Assembly: GCF_009834535.1 (NCBI RefSeq)
Contig: NC_045697.1
Coordinates: 36,768,001 to 36,832,000, forward strand
DNA: 64,000 nt
Source of the DNA: Camelus ferus
Lineage: Eukaryota
Reading direction: 5' to 3'
The notes under the pieces are model-generated. The model was given only the letters and a program-made list of their open reading frames with translations. It did not search any database and was not told the DNA's origin. Both the position numbers and the translations under genes were made by a program. Of the stretch, positions 1 to 12,611 are shown piece after piece. The stretch's first letter is position 1; every line of letters begins with the position of its first letter.

Positions 1-318
1 AAGGGGAGAAGAAAATGACTGTATCCTCATTCACTGCCCCTTGCCTGAGGCAAGCCAGAGCTGGAGGAGGAGAAAACATTCTCATTGGGTGAGAGTTCAG
101 AGCTTAAATACTGGATGAGGCTGGACTTTAATATTTGAAATTGACCAAAAAAGCTATGAGATCTGCCTGAGATTTTACCCAATGGGTATTGAAGAATAAT
201 TCAAGTTTTCAAAGTATCTGATGGGAAACGGTGAAAAAGGAAAAGGTTGCTTTCTAGTCAGAATTACTGATGTTCAATTCATTCATTTATACATACTCAT
301 ACACTATATGCACAAAGA

Positions 319-338
319 CACACACACACACACACACA
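319..338. repeat. (CA)n microsatellite
   Basis: acacacacacacacacac run seen directly. Confidence 0.9.
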
Positions 339-1159
339 TCTCTCTTTGCATATTAATTCATAAGCATAAGGATGTCCAAAAAAGGCAGATTGGTGCTATA
401 TGATACTGTATTATAATAGGAGTAATAGGAGTATTGTAAGAGAAAGTCAAATCAATGAAGGGTGAAGCAAATGCCAAGAATATGTCTTGGATCCTTGGAG
501 AGAGAGCATGACCCTATGTCAAGAACTTGTCATTGAAAACTCAACACATGACAAGTACACAGATTATGAGAAGAGGATAGTACTTGGGAATAGGTACCCA
601 GGCTGAAAACTCAGTGTGGTTGGTCAATGCAGGGCCAAGTGTCCATTTCGTAACAGGTGATCAATTATTTCATTTATGTTAGTAGGCACTGTGTGAGCAC
701 GCACAATGTGCTTGGAACCACCGGGATACCTGGGGAATCTTTTCAAATAATAAGTGTTCCCATCACCTGAGTGGAATTTCTTATACTCTTGACTCATAAA
801 ATATAACAGGTTGCCTTCTCTTAAAAGACCCTATCCTTCTCAGAGTAGATATTTTGTATAGTTACAGAACACTAATTTTCTAATAGAATCTCTCTTTTGA
901 CAAGGCAGAAAGATGTGTGTAATACGGTAAAAATCAGTATCATCTACGAAGGAACTGCAGACTAGCCAGTAGGTCCTGGGTGGGGGGCTGTCCTTCACTT
1001 TGGTACTCAGGGATCGCCTTAGAGAAACTTTAGCTGCCAGCTCTCAGAACACTTTATACATTTTAGATGAAACATTTTTGACTGCACACAGAGTTTAGAA
1101 GAAAGTCTATTGATTAAGCAATGTCTCAATCTTAGCCATAATACTAAACCTTGTGTGTT

Positions 1160-1585
1160 TAATTTAAGTAGAAAAGAATAATCTCAAGTACAAAGGCTTA
1201 CGTGAGATGAAGGCTTGTTTATCTCTTATGTAGAAGTCCGGAGTGAAGCAGTGGTCTTGGGTGTCAACGGTTCTACTCCACGAGCTCATCCATGCACCAG
1301 GCTTGGAATCTCTGCTCTTATCAAATGTGGCTTCCACTTCTGGGTCCAAGAATGCTGCTCCAATGCCACTGTCACCATTTCTCACTGGTTAGGGATCCCC
1401 CCCGTGGTGACCACGTAACTTCGTTTCACATATCCTTGGCCCAAAAGTGGTCACAAGGCCACAAGTAAGGCTGGATAATATGGTTTGTAACTAGGCACCA
1501 ACACGCCCATGAAACACAGGAGTTCTGTTACTAAATAAAAAATGAGAGAGTGGATACAGAGAGTGGCAGCGGGGACAGAAGTCTC
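1160..1585 (-). mobile_element. MaLR solo LTR, MLT1J-like
   Basis: 'ttggcccaaaagtggtcacaaggccaca...aggctgga...ggagttctgttactaa...gagagtggata' resembles the reverse complement of the MLT1J 5' region. Confidence 0.65.
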
Positions 1586-2183
1586 CTCTGAAATTCAGTA
1601 ATTACTAGAAAGAAATGGAGCCCATAATTTCACTTAACACTTACTGGGTGTTTCCTGTGGGCCAGGATTCTAATTTGGTATAGAGACAACCTTCCAAGAA
1701 AAAAAGGCTTTGTCAGTGTGATGCCTTTAAAAGGAAAAAAATCCCAACATGTTTTAACTAAACTCACAGATAGGACCAACCCTTACATACTCATTTCCCT
1801 GTGGGAAATCACAGCAGAGGCCACCCCTCTCTCTTCTCACCTGGCATCAATTGAATTAAAATACCTTGAACACCCGCAGGTGACACAGCAAGGGATGAGC
1901 TCGTGGTGACATGAAGTTTGTAATGGCTCTGCTGCTAGATACAACGTTGTGTGACTCCGGAGAAATAACAGGCGGGGCCTGGGTTTCTGGTTCATGAATT
2001 CCTCCCACAAACATGCACCTGCTGACTGCTGTGCAGGCTCTGAGCTAGGTCTCTGGTGGTCACTTCCATCTTCACTTTCTTGGACTCTTCATGATGCTCT
2101 ACATACCCCAGCCTCTGTGGACCATAGAGATATGGCTATAATCTCATCACACACACAAAGCAAACAAACCTGGGCGTGGGACT

Positions 2184-3110
2184 TGTGGCAAGACTGCTAA
2201 TTATCCTCAGTATCCATTCTCTTGTTCTTTCATTGGAATAGAATCCTCGGTTTTCACTTGGGCATGAGGCCGCCCCTTCCACCCTCCTTGGTTGCTGAGG
2301 GTGGCCAAGGCACAAAGTTCTGGCCAATGGTGTGTGAGGGAGAGTGATCTGTGCAACTTCTGAATTATGCCCCGAACAACAGGAGGTGCGCCCTCCCATT
2401 CCCTTCCCCCCTTCCTGCTGGTTCGGATTCGAGCAAGATGGTGAGTTTCTGGTATCATGTGGATGGGGGTGCCACCCAAGGATGGCAGAGAAACAAGATG
2501 GAAGAAGCCTGGTACCTGTATTTTCTCTTTCTCTATAATAATTCACCCTAAAATGTAGTGGCTTAAGTAACAAGCATTTATAATCTCACAGCTGCTCTGG
2601 CTCAGGAATCTGGGCAGGGCTTTGCTGGATCCCTGGCTCAGGGTCTCTCCCAAGGTTGTAACCAAGGTGTTGGCCAGGCCCGCTGTATCTCAGAGCTTAA
2701 CTGGGGTGAGATCCATCCAAGCTCACTCATGCAGTTGTTGGCCGCCATCGGGTCCCAGCTGGATGCTGACCTGAGATGTCAGTTCCTGGCTATGGGGGCC
2801 TCTCTGGGGGGCAGTTCACAACATGACAGCTGGCTTCCCCCAGAGTAAGCAAGAGAGAAAGAGAGAGAGACAGCAGAACAGAAGGCAGTCCTTCTGTAAC
2901 CCAACCTCAGAAGTGACATCCCATCACCTCTGCCGTGTACTGTTTGTTAAGAGGGAGTCACTGGGTCTAGCCTCCACTCAAGGGGAAGTGATTACACAAG
3001 GGCATGGAAACCGGGAGGAGAGGATCACTGGGAGCCATCTCAGAGGCTGCCTCCCGCGATCCCGGCACTGGGGAGTCGCCCTCTCCCAGCTGGTCTGTCT
3101 GTGCTATAAC
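2184..3110 (+). mobile_element. MLT1J-like LTR, split by an MLT1F-like insertion at 2517-3058
   Basis: Starts tgtggcaagactg...tatccattctc and includes 'aagttctggccaatgg...gtgatctgtgcaacttc'; appears to resume after 3058. Confidence 0.65.
2517..3058 (-). mobile_element. MaLR solo LTR, MLT1F-like, nested
   Basis: 'gtagtggcttaagtaacaagcatttataatctcacag...cagaagtgacatcccatcacctctgcc...gagccatctcagaggctgcct'; degenerate 5-bp TSD gtacc/atccc. Confidence 0.8.
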
Positions 3111-3412
3111 CATTAGGGGAAGTTAAAGAAGTGCTCATGTTCTTTAAAGCAGGGTGTGCGTTACAGTGGCCACACCTGTATTCTAATCAATAGTACTGAA
3201 TCTGTTTCATTTCAGGAAACATTATTCCAGTTGGTAGACATTATTTCTGCAGGAGACATTTTTCAGAATAACTACCCAACTAAACCCTTTTCTCAGAAAA
3301 TTTCCCCCTTTCTCCACTTCTGCCCTACATCTCCTTTCTGGGGACTTCTGTGGCCATTTTTGTAATAAATTAACTCTAGTTCTCTCTGGCTTCATCTAAT
3401 TAAAGAAAGTTT

Positions 3413-3932
3413 AACCTATATGTCCATCGACAGATGACTGGATAAAGAAGTTGTGATACATATACACACACACAATGGAATATTACCCAGCCATAAAAAA
3501 GAATGAAATAATGCCATTTGCAGCAATATGGATGGACCTAGAGATGATCATACAAGTGAAGTAAGTCAGAGAAAAACAAGTATCATATAATATCAGTTAT
3601 ATATAAAACAAATGATACAAGTGAATTTATTTACAGAACAGAAAGAGACTCACATAGAAAACAAACTTATAGTTACCAAAGGGGAATGGTGAGGGGAGGG
3701 ATAAATTAGGAGTTTGGGATTAGGAGATACAAATGACTATATATAAAACAGATAAACAACAAGGTCCTACTGTATAGCACAGGGAACTACATTTAATATC
3801 TTGTAATAGCCTATAATGAAAAAGAATATGAAAAGGAACATATATATATATGTATAACTGAATCACTTTGCTGTACATCAGAAACTAACACAACATTGTA
3901 AATCAACTACACTTCAATTAAAAAGAAAAAAG
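3413..3932 (+). mobile_element. 5'-truncated L1 (end of ORF2 plus 3' UTR), camelid/artiodactyl type A tail
   Basis: 'tgtccatcgacagatgactggataaagaag...gccatttgcagcaa...ctgtatagcacagggaactac...aaatcaactacacttcaatt' followed by an A-rich tail. Confidence 0.9.
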
Positions 3933-3959
3933 ACGGATTAAACAGCTGAATTAAGTTGG

Positions 3960-4306
3960 GCCAACTCTGCCCCACAGGCATTTAGAATTGGAATCCAGAG
4001 ATCCTGCTTGGTGCCCGAGAGAACTGAGCATCACGTGAAGCCAGGACTGGATCTGCATGTACACGGGGAAGTGGAAAGCCAGTTCACAGAGAGAAGGAGG
4101 AGGCAGATGTGCAGAGAGAGAGCTCAGCTCAGGGCTACCTGTTCCAGGCGCCACTGAAGCCGGGCTCTCCCCTAACCCCAGGTACATGTGATGCCTCCAT
4201 ACCACTCCACAGATATGTCCTCACCCGCCCCCTCCTTTTTCTTTTTCATTTAAACCAGTGTGAAGGGTCTTCAGGTCTTTGAAATTAAACAATATCTGAC
4301 TAACAA
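3960..4306 (+). mobile_element. Old MaLR LTR fragment (MLT1K/L-like)
   Basis: 'gaagcc...tttaaaccagtgtgaagggt...tctgactaaca' resembles an MLT1 3' terminus. Confidence 0.45.
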
Positions 4307-5439
4307 AGGCCGTTAGTTTTTTGTGAATTTTCAACATCTAATCTTAACATTATCTGAACCAGCCCACAGCATCCTCATATGCTCACTTCCTCCCTAAAAA
4401 AAATAATGAAGTCTGGCTGGGAAACACTGGGGTGAGGTCATCTGGACCCATTGGGAAAGAACTGTGCCACGGAGGACACTGTGTTGACGTATGTCTGTGG
4501 TTTGATTCCTTACTCTGCTGGAAGTCAGAAGACTATGTTTTAGTGTGTGCAGTGATATGCCAGTGGGGTGACACCCCCACTAAGTGACGAAGGACTAAAG
4601 AAGTCACCTTCTCTTGCCTTAACCTTCTGTGCACCCACATGCTGCTTGTCTAGACCAAAACCAAGTTCCTCCGCATTCTTGTTACCGAGTCGTTAGAAAG
4701 AGCCCCCCACTCTGCATTCACCCCACACCCTCCCCTGGAGCAGTCAGCTTTGCTCCAGGTCATTTAATGGCGGTGCTCTAAGGGGCAGTCCCTGCTCTGA
4801 GACAGCATCTCTCTCCACACATCCCCTCAGTGTCCTACTCTCAGTCTGAATTGTTTACTGTGGAATCCAGGCCAGGGTGCTGCGGACGGGTTGTATTTCT
4901 TTAGTGGAATTCTGCATTCCCCTTCCTAAGTCACACTCTGCATTCCTCTGATGCCTCCCTGAGCTGGAGGGGCGCTCTGCCACAAAGCTATTGGCTGCAC
5001 AGCCCAGGGAGGGCTCGTCCCCAGCCTCGTCCTAGCAGCTGACCCTCTTGTGTAGAAGGAGGCAAAGTGGGATGTGGTAAACAGGAAGGCAGCAAGCCCG
5101 GCTTGGCCTGGAGAGCAGGAAACATCAGCGACCACGCTCAGCCCTGGACTTGGATCACAACCTTTGGAGCTTGCAACGCCTCCCAGGCTGGTTTGAAGGC
5201 TGTTCCAGCAGCTTGGAATTGTCAGTGCAGCAGGAAGGATCTGTCCTAAGATGCCACCTCAAGAATTCCATAGTTTCGGAGTCTGGTGTGATAGATGGAT
5301 AAACAGATGGATGAAAGGAGGAGAAGGGGGAGTTAGAGGGAGCAGTGACGGATGAGCCAACCCCTCACCGTCTTATTTTAAACTGCCGCTGACCCCACCC
5401 CACCCTGTACTCCCAACTCCTCCTCACCAGGCTGCACTT

Positions 5440-5610
5440 CTCTATTTCTGTACCCTCTAACATACTACACTTCTATCATTTATCTTTCCATCCTAGGACA
5501 TAAGCTCCAGGAGGGCAGGGATCTCTGTTTGTACCCAGATAGCTCCTCTGAGTCAGCACGATGCCTGGTACACAAAAGGTTCTTTAAAAAATACTGAATG
5601 AATGAATGGG
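5440..5610 (+). mobile_element. L2 3' end
   Basis: 'taagctccaggagggcagggatct...gcctggtacaca...tgaatgaatgaatg'. Confidence 0.8.
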
Positions 5611-5759
5611 TTTCCTTAGGGGTGCTTTTAACAATATCCTTACTACATGTTTTTTACTGTGTTCTCTTCCTGTTCTCCAAATGAGGAAGGCCCTCTCCCA
5701 ACTCTACCAATCAATCTCATTCAGCTTCCAAAGGCCAGCTCCAAGTCCATTTCTGCAGG

Positions 5760-5930
5760 ATGGCAGTGTGGTTAAGAGCCAGGCTTCTGGAGTTCAAATC
5801 CCTGTTCTACTGCTTGCTCAATGTGTGACTTTGATTAAGTTACTTCATATCTCTAAGCCTTAATTTCTGTATCTAATGGGGTTACTGTGAAAACGAAATA
5901 ATATGGTATCTGCAGTATGCTTAAATAACA
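5760..5930 (+). mobile_element. MIR SINE
   Basis: 'gtggttaagagc...gttcaaatcc...tgtgtgactttgattaagttacttcatatctctaagcct'. Confidence 0.8.
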
Positions 5931-6081
5931 CACCTCTGCTGCTGCTCTCCAGTTAGGCACCTTCTTTCCTCCTTTGAACACCTATATTACATTGAGTCTC
6001 TCTTAAGAACCTGTCACAGTTTTCTCCTATATTCTAGTTATCTTTACACATATAGCACTTTCCTTAAAAGAAGGGTCCTTC

Positions 6082-6290
6082 TCAACAGGCACAAAAAGAA
6101 ATGCTCAATATCACTAATCATCAGGGAAACGCAAATCAAAACCACAGTGAGATACCACCTCAACACCTGCCAGAGTGGCTATCATCAAAAAGAACACAAA
6201 TAACAAATGTTGGTGAGGATGTGGAGGACAGGGAACCCTCGTACACTGTGGGTGGGAATGTAAATTGGGGCAGCCACTATGGAAAACAGT
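6082..6290 (+). mobile_element. L1 ORF2 C-terminal fragment
   Basis: 'aaatgctcaatatcactaatcatcagggaa...caaatcaaaaccacagtgagataccacctc...gtgggaatgtaaattgg...actatggaaaacagt'. Confidence 0.9.
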
Positions 6291-6304
6291 CCAGTATCGA
6301 TTGA

Positions 6305-7425
6305 TTGACTGAGTGAAGTACAGTTGATTTACAATGTTTCAAGGGTACCACAAAGTGATTCAGTTGTATGTGTGTGTATGTATGTATGTGTATGTGTGTG
6401 TGTATATATATATATATTTTCTTTTCAAGTTCTTTTCTATTATAGATTACTACAAGATATTGAATATTAAAAAAATGAACATAAATACAAAACAGAAACA
6501 GACTCATAGACATAGAATACAAACTTGTGGTTGCCACGGGGGAGGGTGGTGGGAAGGGACACATTGGGAGTTCGAAATTTGTAGATACTGACAGGCATAT
6601 GTAGAATAGATAAACAAGATTATACTGTATAGCACAGGGAAATATATACAAGATCTTGTGGTAGCTCACAGAGAAAAAGAATGTGACAATGAATATATGT
6701 ACGTGCATGTGTAAGTGAAAAATTGTGCTCTACACTGGAAAATGACATAACACTGTAAAATGACCATAACTCAATAAAAAAATGTTTAAAAACAGATATT
6801 GAATATAGTTCCCTGTGCTATATAGTAGGTCCTTGTTGTTTATTTTATATATAATAGTGTGTATCTGTTAATCTCAAATTCCTAATTTATCCCTCCACCC
6901 ACCATTTCCCTTTGGTAACTATAAGTTTATTTTCTGTCTGTGAGTCTCTTTTTGTTTTGTAAATAAGTTCATTTGTATCATTTTTTTTTAGATTCCATAT
7001 ACAAATGATATCATATGATATTTGTCTTTCTCTATCTGACTTACTTCACTTAGTATGCTAATCTCTAGGTCCAACCATGTTGCTGCAAATGGCGTTATTT
7101 CATTCTTTGTTATGGCTGAGTAGTATGCCACTGTACCACATTGTACCACATCTTTTTTACCCATTCATCTGTCAATGGACATTTAGGTTGTGTCCATGTC
7201 TTGGCTACTGTAAACAGTGCTGCTATGAACACTGGGGTGCATGTGTCTTTTAAAATTAGAGTTTTCTCCAGATATATGTCCAGGAGTGGGATTGCCAGAT
7301 CATATGTCAACTCTATTTTTAGTTTCTTAAGGCACCTCCATACTGTTCTCCATAGTGGCTACATCAATTGACATTCCCACCAGCAGTGCAGGAGGCTTCC
7401 CTTTTCTCCACACCCTCTCCAGCAT
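6305..7425 (-). mobile_element. 5'-truncated L1 (type A tail), interrupted by a younger L1 at 6468-6793
   Basis: Reverse L1 3' UTR and ORF2 end; ORF 7110-7310 reads YDLAIPLLDIY...CTPVFIAALFTVAKTWTQPKCP. Confidence 0.92.
6468..6793 (+). mobile_element. Young L1 3' UTR fragment (type B tail) with 13-bp TSD
   Basis: TSD agatattgaatat at 6455-6467 and 6794-6806; 3' UTR very similar to the element at 63560-63857. Confidence 0.92.
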
Positions 7426-8228
7426 GCAAATAGATACTCTTAAACATCCTCCCTGAATATTTATATATGCAGACTTGAACAAAGAAATATCTAAGCACAG
7501 GAGTGAACACTGCTGGGAGGAAGGAGCAGGGGCAAGATCAGTACTCAGAGGCTAGATGAAAGACTGTCCGGAAGGGCTAGGAGGATGGGATACTGTGATG
7601 CAGAAACACACGACCAAAGAAGCATTCGCCCAATACAGGCATTTCACATCGTGAACTGCAACTTCATACAAGTTTCTGGGTGAGAGCCCATGAGGAAGAA
7701 TCAGCCATTTCCTGGGAATCAGAAGCCCTCTCCTTCAAAAGGAGCTGGTGCAGGAGCAGGAGTTGGGCCCAGGCTTGAGGCAGCAATGCCTTGGCTTCTG
7801 AAGAAAAGGAGCTGCCCCTTGCTGTTACGGGGATCCCTGGAAAATCACTCGTGATAAACACTGGTGTCTCTGCAGTCTGGCTTTCATCCCTTCAAAGGGG
7901 CAATTAACAGAGCTGGGGAAGCCAAGAAAATGCACTGTGAGTATAAACAGCCTGACAGGACATTTATACAGCAGCAATCGGTGCAGAGCCCGCCTTCCCC
8001 GCTGTGGCGGAGGCCAGGAGGGGAGATTTTGAGAGCAAGGTGCCCATCTTTTTTCTTCTTTCTGAGATATGCTTCTGCTGTCAGTTACGAGAGATCCTGG
8101 TTGAGTCTTAGGAAAGGATGAGTGACCAGGCAGGATTGCAGGGACAGCAGCAGAGAGAGGGTATTTTACCCCACTCCTAGTCAGGACCATCACAGCCCTT
8201 CTGCAGGAGCAGAAGTGAAGTCACAGCC

Positions 8229-8735
8229 TGTTTTTCCAGCTTTACTGAGGTATAACTGACAATCCCCAGCACCCAGTAACCACCACTCTACTCTCTGCTT
8301 CTATGAGTTTGACTGTTTCAGATCTCATGTATAAACGGGATCACGCAGTAACTGCCTGTCTGTGTCTGGTTTGTTTCATTTAGCATAATGTCCTCCAGGT
8401 TCATCTAGGTTGTTGCAAATGGCAGGATTGGGATTTCCTTTTTTTTTTTTTTAAAGCTGAGTAATATTCCTTTATACATGTAACATTTTCTTTCTCCACT
8501 CATCCACTGATGGACTTTCGGGTTGTTTCCACATTTCCACATCTCAGCTATCGTGCATAATAATTTGAAATGAGCATGAGAGTGTAGATTAATCATCAGG
8601 AAAATGTGAATAAAACCACAATGAGATATCATCTCATATCTGCTAGGATGGCTGTTATCAGAGAGATAACAAGAGTTGGCAAGGATATGGAGAAAAGGGA
8701 GCCCTTGTGCACTCCTGGAGGGAATGTAAACTGAC
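8229..8735 (-). mobile_element. L1MA/MB-like element with internal inversion (minus 8229-8589, plus 8590-8735)
   Basis: Reverse 3' end 'cagctttactgaggtataactgaca' directly abuts plus-strand ORF2 'taatcatcaggaaaatg...gggaatgtaaactg'. Confidence 0.8.
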
Positions 8736-8939
8736 ATTTTTGAAAGCTGAATAAGCCAACCTGAGTTCACGGTTCTAACCATGGTCAAGATTCAATGACT
8801 GGAAACTAGATCCTCTATATCCTCCTGTCCTGTGTGCCAGGCTGGCAGGATCCTTTGCCCTGGAAAACGTTTTTGAAGGTCTCAGAGTACATACCTATGC
8901 GCATGTGCCTGAAAGACATGCAGCCTTGAGATCTGACAA

Positions 8940-9110
8940 TGGCTTGGCCATCTACTGACTGTTAGACGGGAGCAAGGGACTAATCTCCTAAGGTTGGCTT
9001 TCTCTGTCTCTGAAATGGGAATAAAGTTCATACCTACTTCACTGGGATTATCCTTAGGAATAATAAAGAAATAAGCACAATTCCAGACTGCCAAATGCCC
9101 TCAACGAAGG
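8940..9110 (+). mobile_element. MIR SINE
   Basis: 'tgaaatgggaataaag...tacctacttcactgggattat' core. Confidence 0.6.
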
Positions 9111-9279
9111 GAGGTTCCTTTGATGACTATTAAAACAGGAAACCTCTGTTCTGCGGTGGGAGGAAGGGGCCCTCATGTCAGAGAAGGGAGACAAACTAGC
9201 TTTAAGAATCCGAGTGGAATGAGTATCTTGAAGTCATGCATCTGGCTTTCCTATTTGAAAAGATGACAATTTTTTAATA

Positions 9280-9418
9280 GGGGTGGTGGATGGGTTCACT
9301 GTGTTGACTGTAGAGTTGTATACTTATGTCACAACTTACCAAATGATACACTTACAATGTGTGCAGTTTGTTGCATTTCAGTTGTACCTCAATAAGACAG
9401 TTAAAATAAAAATAATGA
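9280..9418 (+). mobile_element. Old L1M 3' terminal fragment
   Basis: 'acttaccaaatgatacacttacaatgtgtgcagtttgttgcatttcagttgtacctcaataa'. Confidence 0.75.
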
Positions 9419-10014
9419 AAAACTTTTAGAACAGCAATAAAAAGAAGACCACAATAATTATGCTTTTCAGGCAGGTGACCAAAAGTGGATGGGCATGTGG
9501 GTCAATGAAAACTCCAATATAAACAACACTATTCACACATGATATTCCTTGCGTTTTTTTTTTTTTTTTTTAAACCCTCCCTTCTCTTCCTCTTCATCTA
9601 TCCAGATCCTGTACCTTCAAGCCCCACCTGAAGTCCCACCTTCTCTCAGAGGCCTGCACAGGTCACTCCACTTCAATGTAATTTAACCCACCCATGAATG
9701 TCTTAACCCACACACACTCAAATTTCTCAGACAGCATCTGTGACTTCTCATGTGCTCCTGTTCTGTTATTTAAATCATTATTTAACTTCTATGTGTCTGT
9801 GATGATGTTAAGATTTTGAAGAATAGGAGAGACACATCTTTTGTGTATTTCAGCACATAGTGCTTGACAAATATTTTCTTATTGAATGATAAAATTCAGA
9901 GTTCTGCCTCCTAGACTTACTCTGATCACCATGAACTCTAAGGAATGATCCCCAGTCTTCTACTGGATAGGAATTTTATGGTATCAAATACTGCCGGACT
10001 GTATTTTGCTTGAC

Positions 10015-10198
10015 AAGGAACTACTGTATAGCACAGGGAACTATATTCAATTTCTTGGAATAACATATAATGAAAAAGAATCTGAAAAGAAAAAATATAT
10101 ATATGTGTGTGTATATATAAAATCCTTTTGCTGCACACCTGAAACTAACATTGTAAATCAACAGCATTTCAATAAAAAAATTTTTAAATATATACGTA
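10015..10198 (+). mobile_element. Very short L1 3' tail insertion (type A)
   Basis: 'ctactgtatagcacagggaactatattcaa...cattgtaaatcaac'; flanking repeat ttgcttgac at 10006-10014 and 10199-10207. Confidence 0.88.
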
Positions 10199-11201
10199 TT
10201 GCTTGACTAAATACGCCATCGGCTCGGTTTTGACTGTTTATTATTTGTTTTCATACAAGGAATCTGTTTTAACTGTATTGGCTGTATTTATCTATAATGG
10301 CTTTTCACACAAAACTAATGGCTCTCCGAGTTGAACCATCCCCCCACCAACTCCTGCAAAGAAGCCGAATTCGATTGCAGTAGAGTTTCAGATACTTATT
10401 CCAGGCCTTCCTCATGTGAGCAGCATAGTTCTAAATGCCAGTCAAGCTTGGGTCACCGAATGCAGGGTGTATAGGAACAGCTCCCCAGTGACACTCAAGT
10501 GGCAGCCCTGATCCTATTCCATTATCCTAAGCCCTTTCATTTTCTGTTTGTTTGTTTTGAGCTCTCCTGGAAGTCTAATGGAGTCAGATACCACATCTCC
10601 CAGAAAAGGAATGACATTTATAACCCCCTTCTGCTCCTGCAAATGGAGGGGTTATCTTGCGATTTCCCCGATCAACGCTCCCTGGGATCTGAGGCAGCCT
10701 CTCAGCCTGGTGTCTTCGGAGTCAGCTCCAAGGCTGGTGGTTCCAGCAATCAGGGAGCCTCAGACCTGAGCATCAGGCCCATGGTTGAGAGTTAGCAGGA
10801 CAGTTCTAAGTATCTGCTTCCTGTTTCAGAGGGTTGCTGGCAAGTTTCTGAAAACCTGCAGCTTATTTATATCTTTAATGCTGGGCTCCTCGCCACGACT
10901 CATTTCAGGACTAGATGTAGTTCTGTTTAATATTAGGCCAATCCTCCCAGCCCTGCCACCATCCGAATGAGGAAGGAGGGGCTTCATCATGTTCAGTGCC
11001 TGCCAAGGAAGCAAAGTCACTGGGGATGCCACAGGGACAAGCCCTCGGGAAGTGCCGAGGACGGATCTGTTTCTCTTCTGTCTAATGAAAGACAGCAATT
11101 TTGGGGGGTGTAGGAACTAAAAATATGGGAATATTTAGGAGGAAATACTTTTTCCCCAAAATATCCTTTATGGGTCTATTTTTCCTTTAAATAATAATTC
11201 A

Positions 11202-11352
11202 GGGTTTTTTTAAATTTTATTTATTTTTAAAATTTTGGGAGGGAAGCAATTAGGTTTTTACTTATTTATTTTTAATGGAGGTACTGGGGGTTGAATCCAG
11301 GATCTTTTGCACGCTAGGCACACACTCTACCACCAAGCTATAACTTCCCCCC
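11202..11352 (-). mobile_element. tRNA-derived SINE, camelid vic-1 type (long-tail form)
   Basis: 'atggaggtactgggggttgaatccagga...ctctaccaccaagctataacttcccc' is a reversed A/B-box head; TSD aataattca at 11193-11201 and 11354-11362. Confidence 0.85.
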
Positions 11353-11387
11353 AAATAATTCACTGTTGAATTAATAACTGTTGACAT

Positions 11388-11482
11388 GAGCATCTCCTAA
11401 ATGGGGATCCATGGTATCAATAGATATTTCTTTTTAAAAATGTAGATGGAGGGTTCCATGATCAAAAAAGTTTGGGGAACAA
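11388..11482. mobile_element. Short hAT-Charlie-type MITE remnant
   Basis: 'gggttccatgatcaaaaaagtttggggaaca' resembles a Charlie/MER5-group terminus. Confidence 0.35.
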
Positions 11483-11894
11483 AGATCTGGAGAACAAGGG
11501 CTCTATGATCAACCCCTGAAGCTGGTGAGTAAGCTTACAGCAGTCATGGGAGAGTGGTGTCTGAGGCAGGTCTGATACAGATCAGGCGGACAGGAGGTGT
11601 CTTCCAGGCAAAAGGGATCAACAAATAAAATGAAAATGCTCAGAGAGAAAAGAGACCTCTGGCTTGGAGAGTAAGGAGCGAGCTAATTTTTATTGGTGTA
11701 ATTCCAGGGAAGTTTTCTCCCTTCTCATCGCTTTCAAGAGAGATACTGCAAGTAGCTTGTTGTTTGCCTGTTGTTTGAGCTCACAACTGCACAGGCATGC
11801 ATGTGTGCGTACACACAATCACACAATCTCTCTCTCACACACACACACTTCTTCCTCTCTGGTAGAAACTTGACTTTATCTAGGTACCCTGCTC

Positions 11895-12385
11895 CCACGT
11901 TGTCAAGGAAAGGAACACCTCATCCTGGTTCCAGAAGATGAATATTGGTTAGATTAAGCTAATTATAGTAATTTCTTCTCCTTGCCATGGACTGGATGGG
12001 CATGATCACATAACACAAGTCTGACAAATGGAACCTGAGGGGTGGTCCTTTTGAGGCTTCTAGAAAGATTTTTCTCCAGAAGAAATAGAGACAGACACAT
12101 AAAGAAACAGCCCTCTTCTTTGCTAGGTGTGGGTTTTCTGCGTGACACATCAGGAACTACTGCAAGCATCATGCAGCTTGGCGGGGGATGGGGAGAGGCT
12201 TGCAGACATGCTGGGAGTGGTAGAAGGGCAGGAAGTGAAATATATGGATCCTTGATAACATAGTCAAACGGCTGAACCCTGAAACCACTCTATCTGTGGA
12301 CCTGATATTCAGTGAGATAGTGAAGTCCATTCTGCTTGGGACACTTGTAGCTGAGTCTTTGGTTCCTTGCAGTTAGGTGTTTCAC
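11895..12385 (+). mobile_element. Old MaLR LTR (MLT1I/K/L-like)
   Basis: 'gaggcttctagaaagatttttctcc...ggatccttgataacatagt...ttccttgcag'. Confidence 0.6.
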
Positions 12386-12611
12386 AGTAAGAGCATCTCC
12401 CCTGATGGACCACATCTAACAACTTGATCCACTAGGCCACCCACCTAATTCTTTGGCCAAACTCTTCACTTAACTCCATCAGAGTGTAAGGTTTGGCCTT
12501 CCAGGCTGCCCCTGATCAATGCCTTCCTCCACTCGCCCTGAACCCTCTCCTTTAAGGGTACCCTGGCTCCCATCCTCACCAACTCCAGCCATCTCGGTTT
12601 ACCTCGTATCT

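Noticed and set aside
1..250. Possible ancient LTR fragment at the window edge
   Set aside because: Only a vague resemblance; no termini or family can be supported without a database search.
6082..6310. Twin-priming inversion for the 6.1-7.4 kb L1 pair
   Set aside because: The pieces are tail-to-tail and overlap in L1 coordinates, which does not fit twin-priming geometry.
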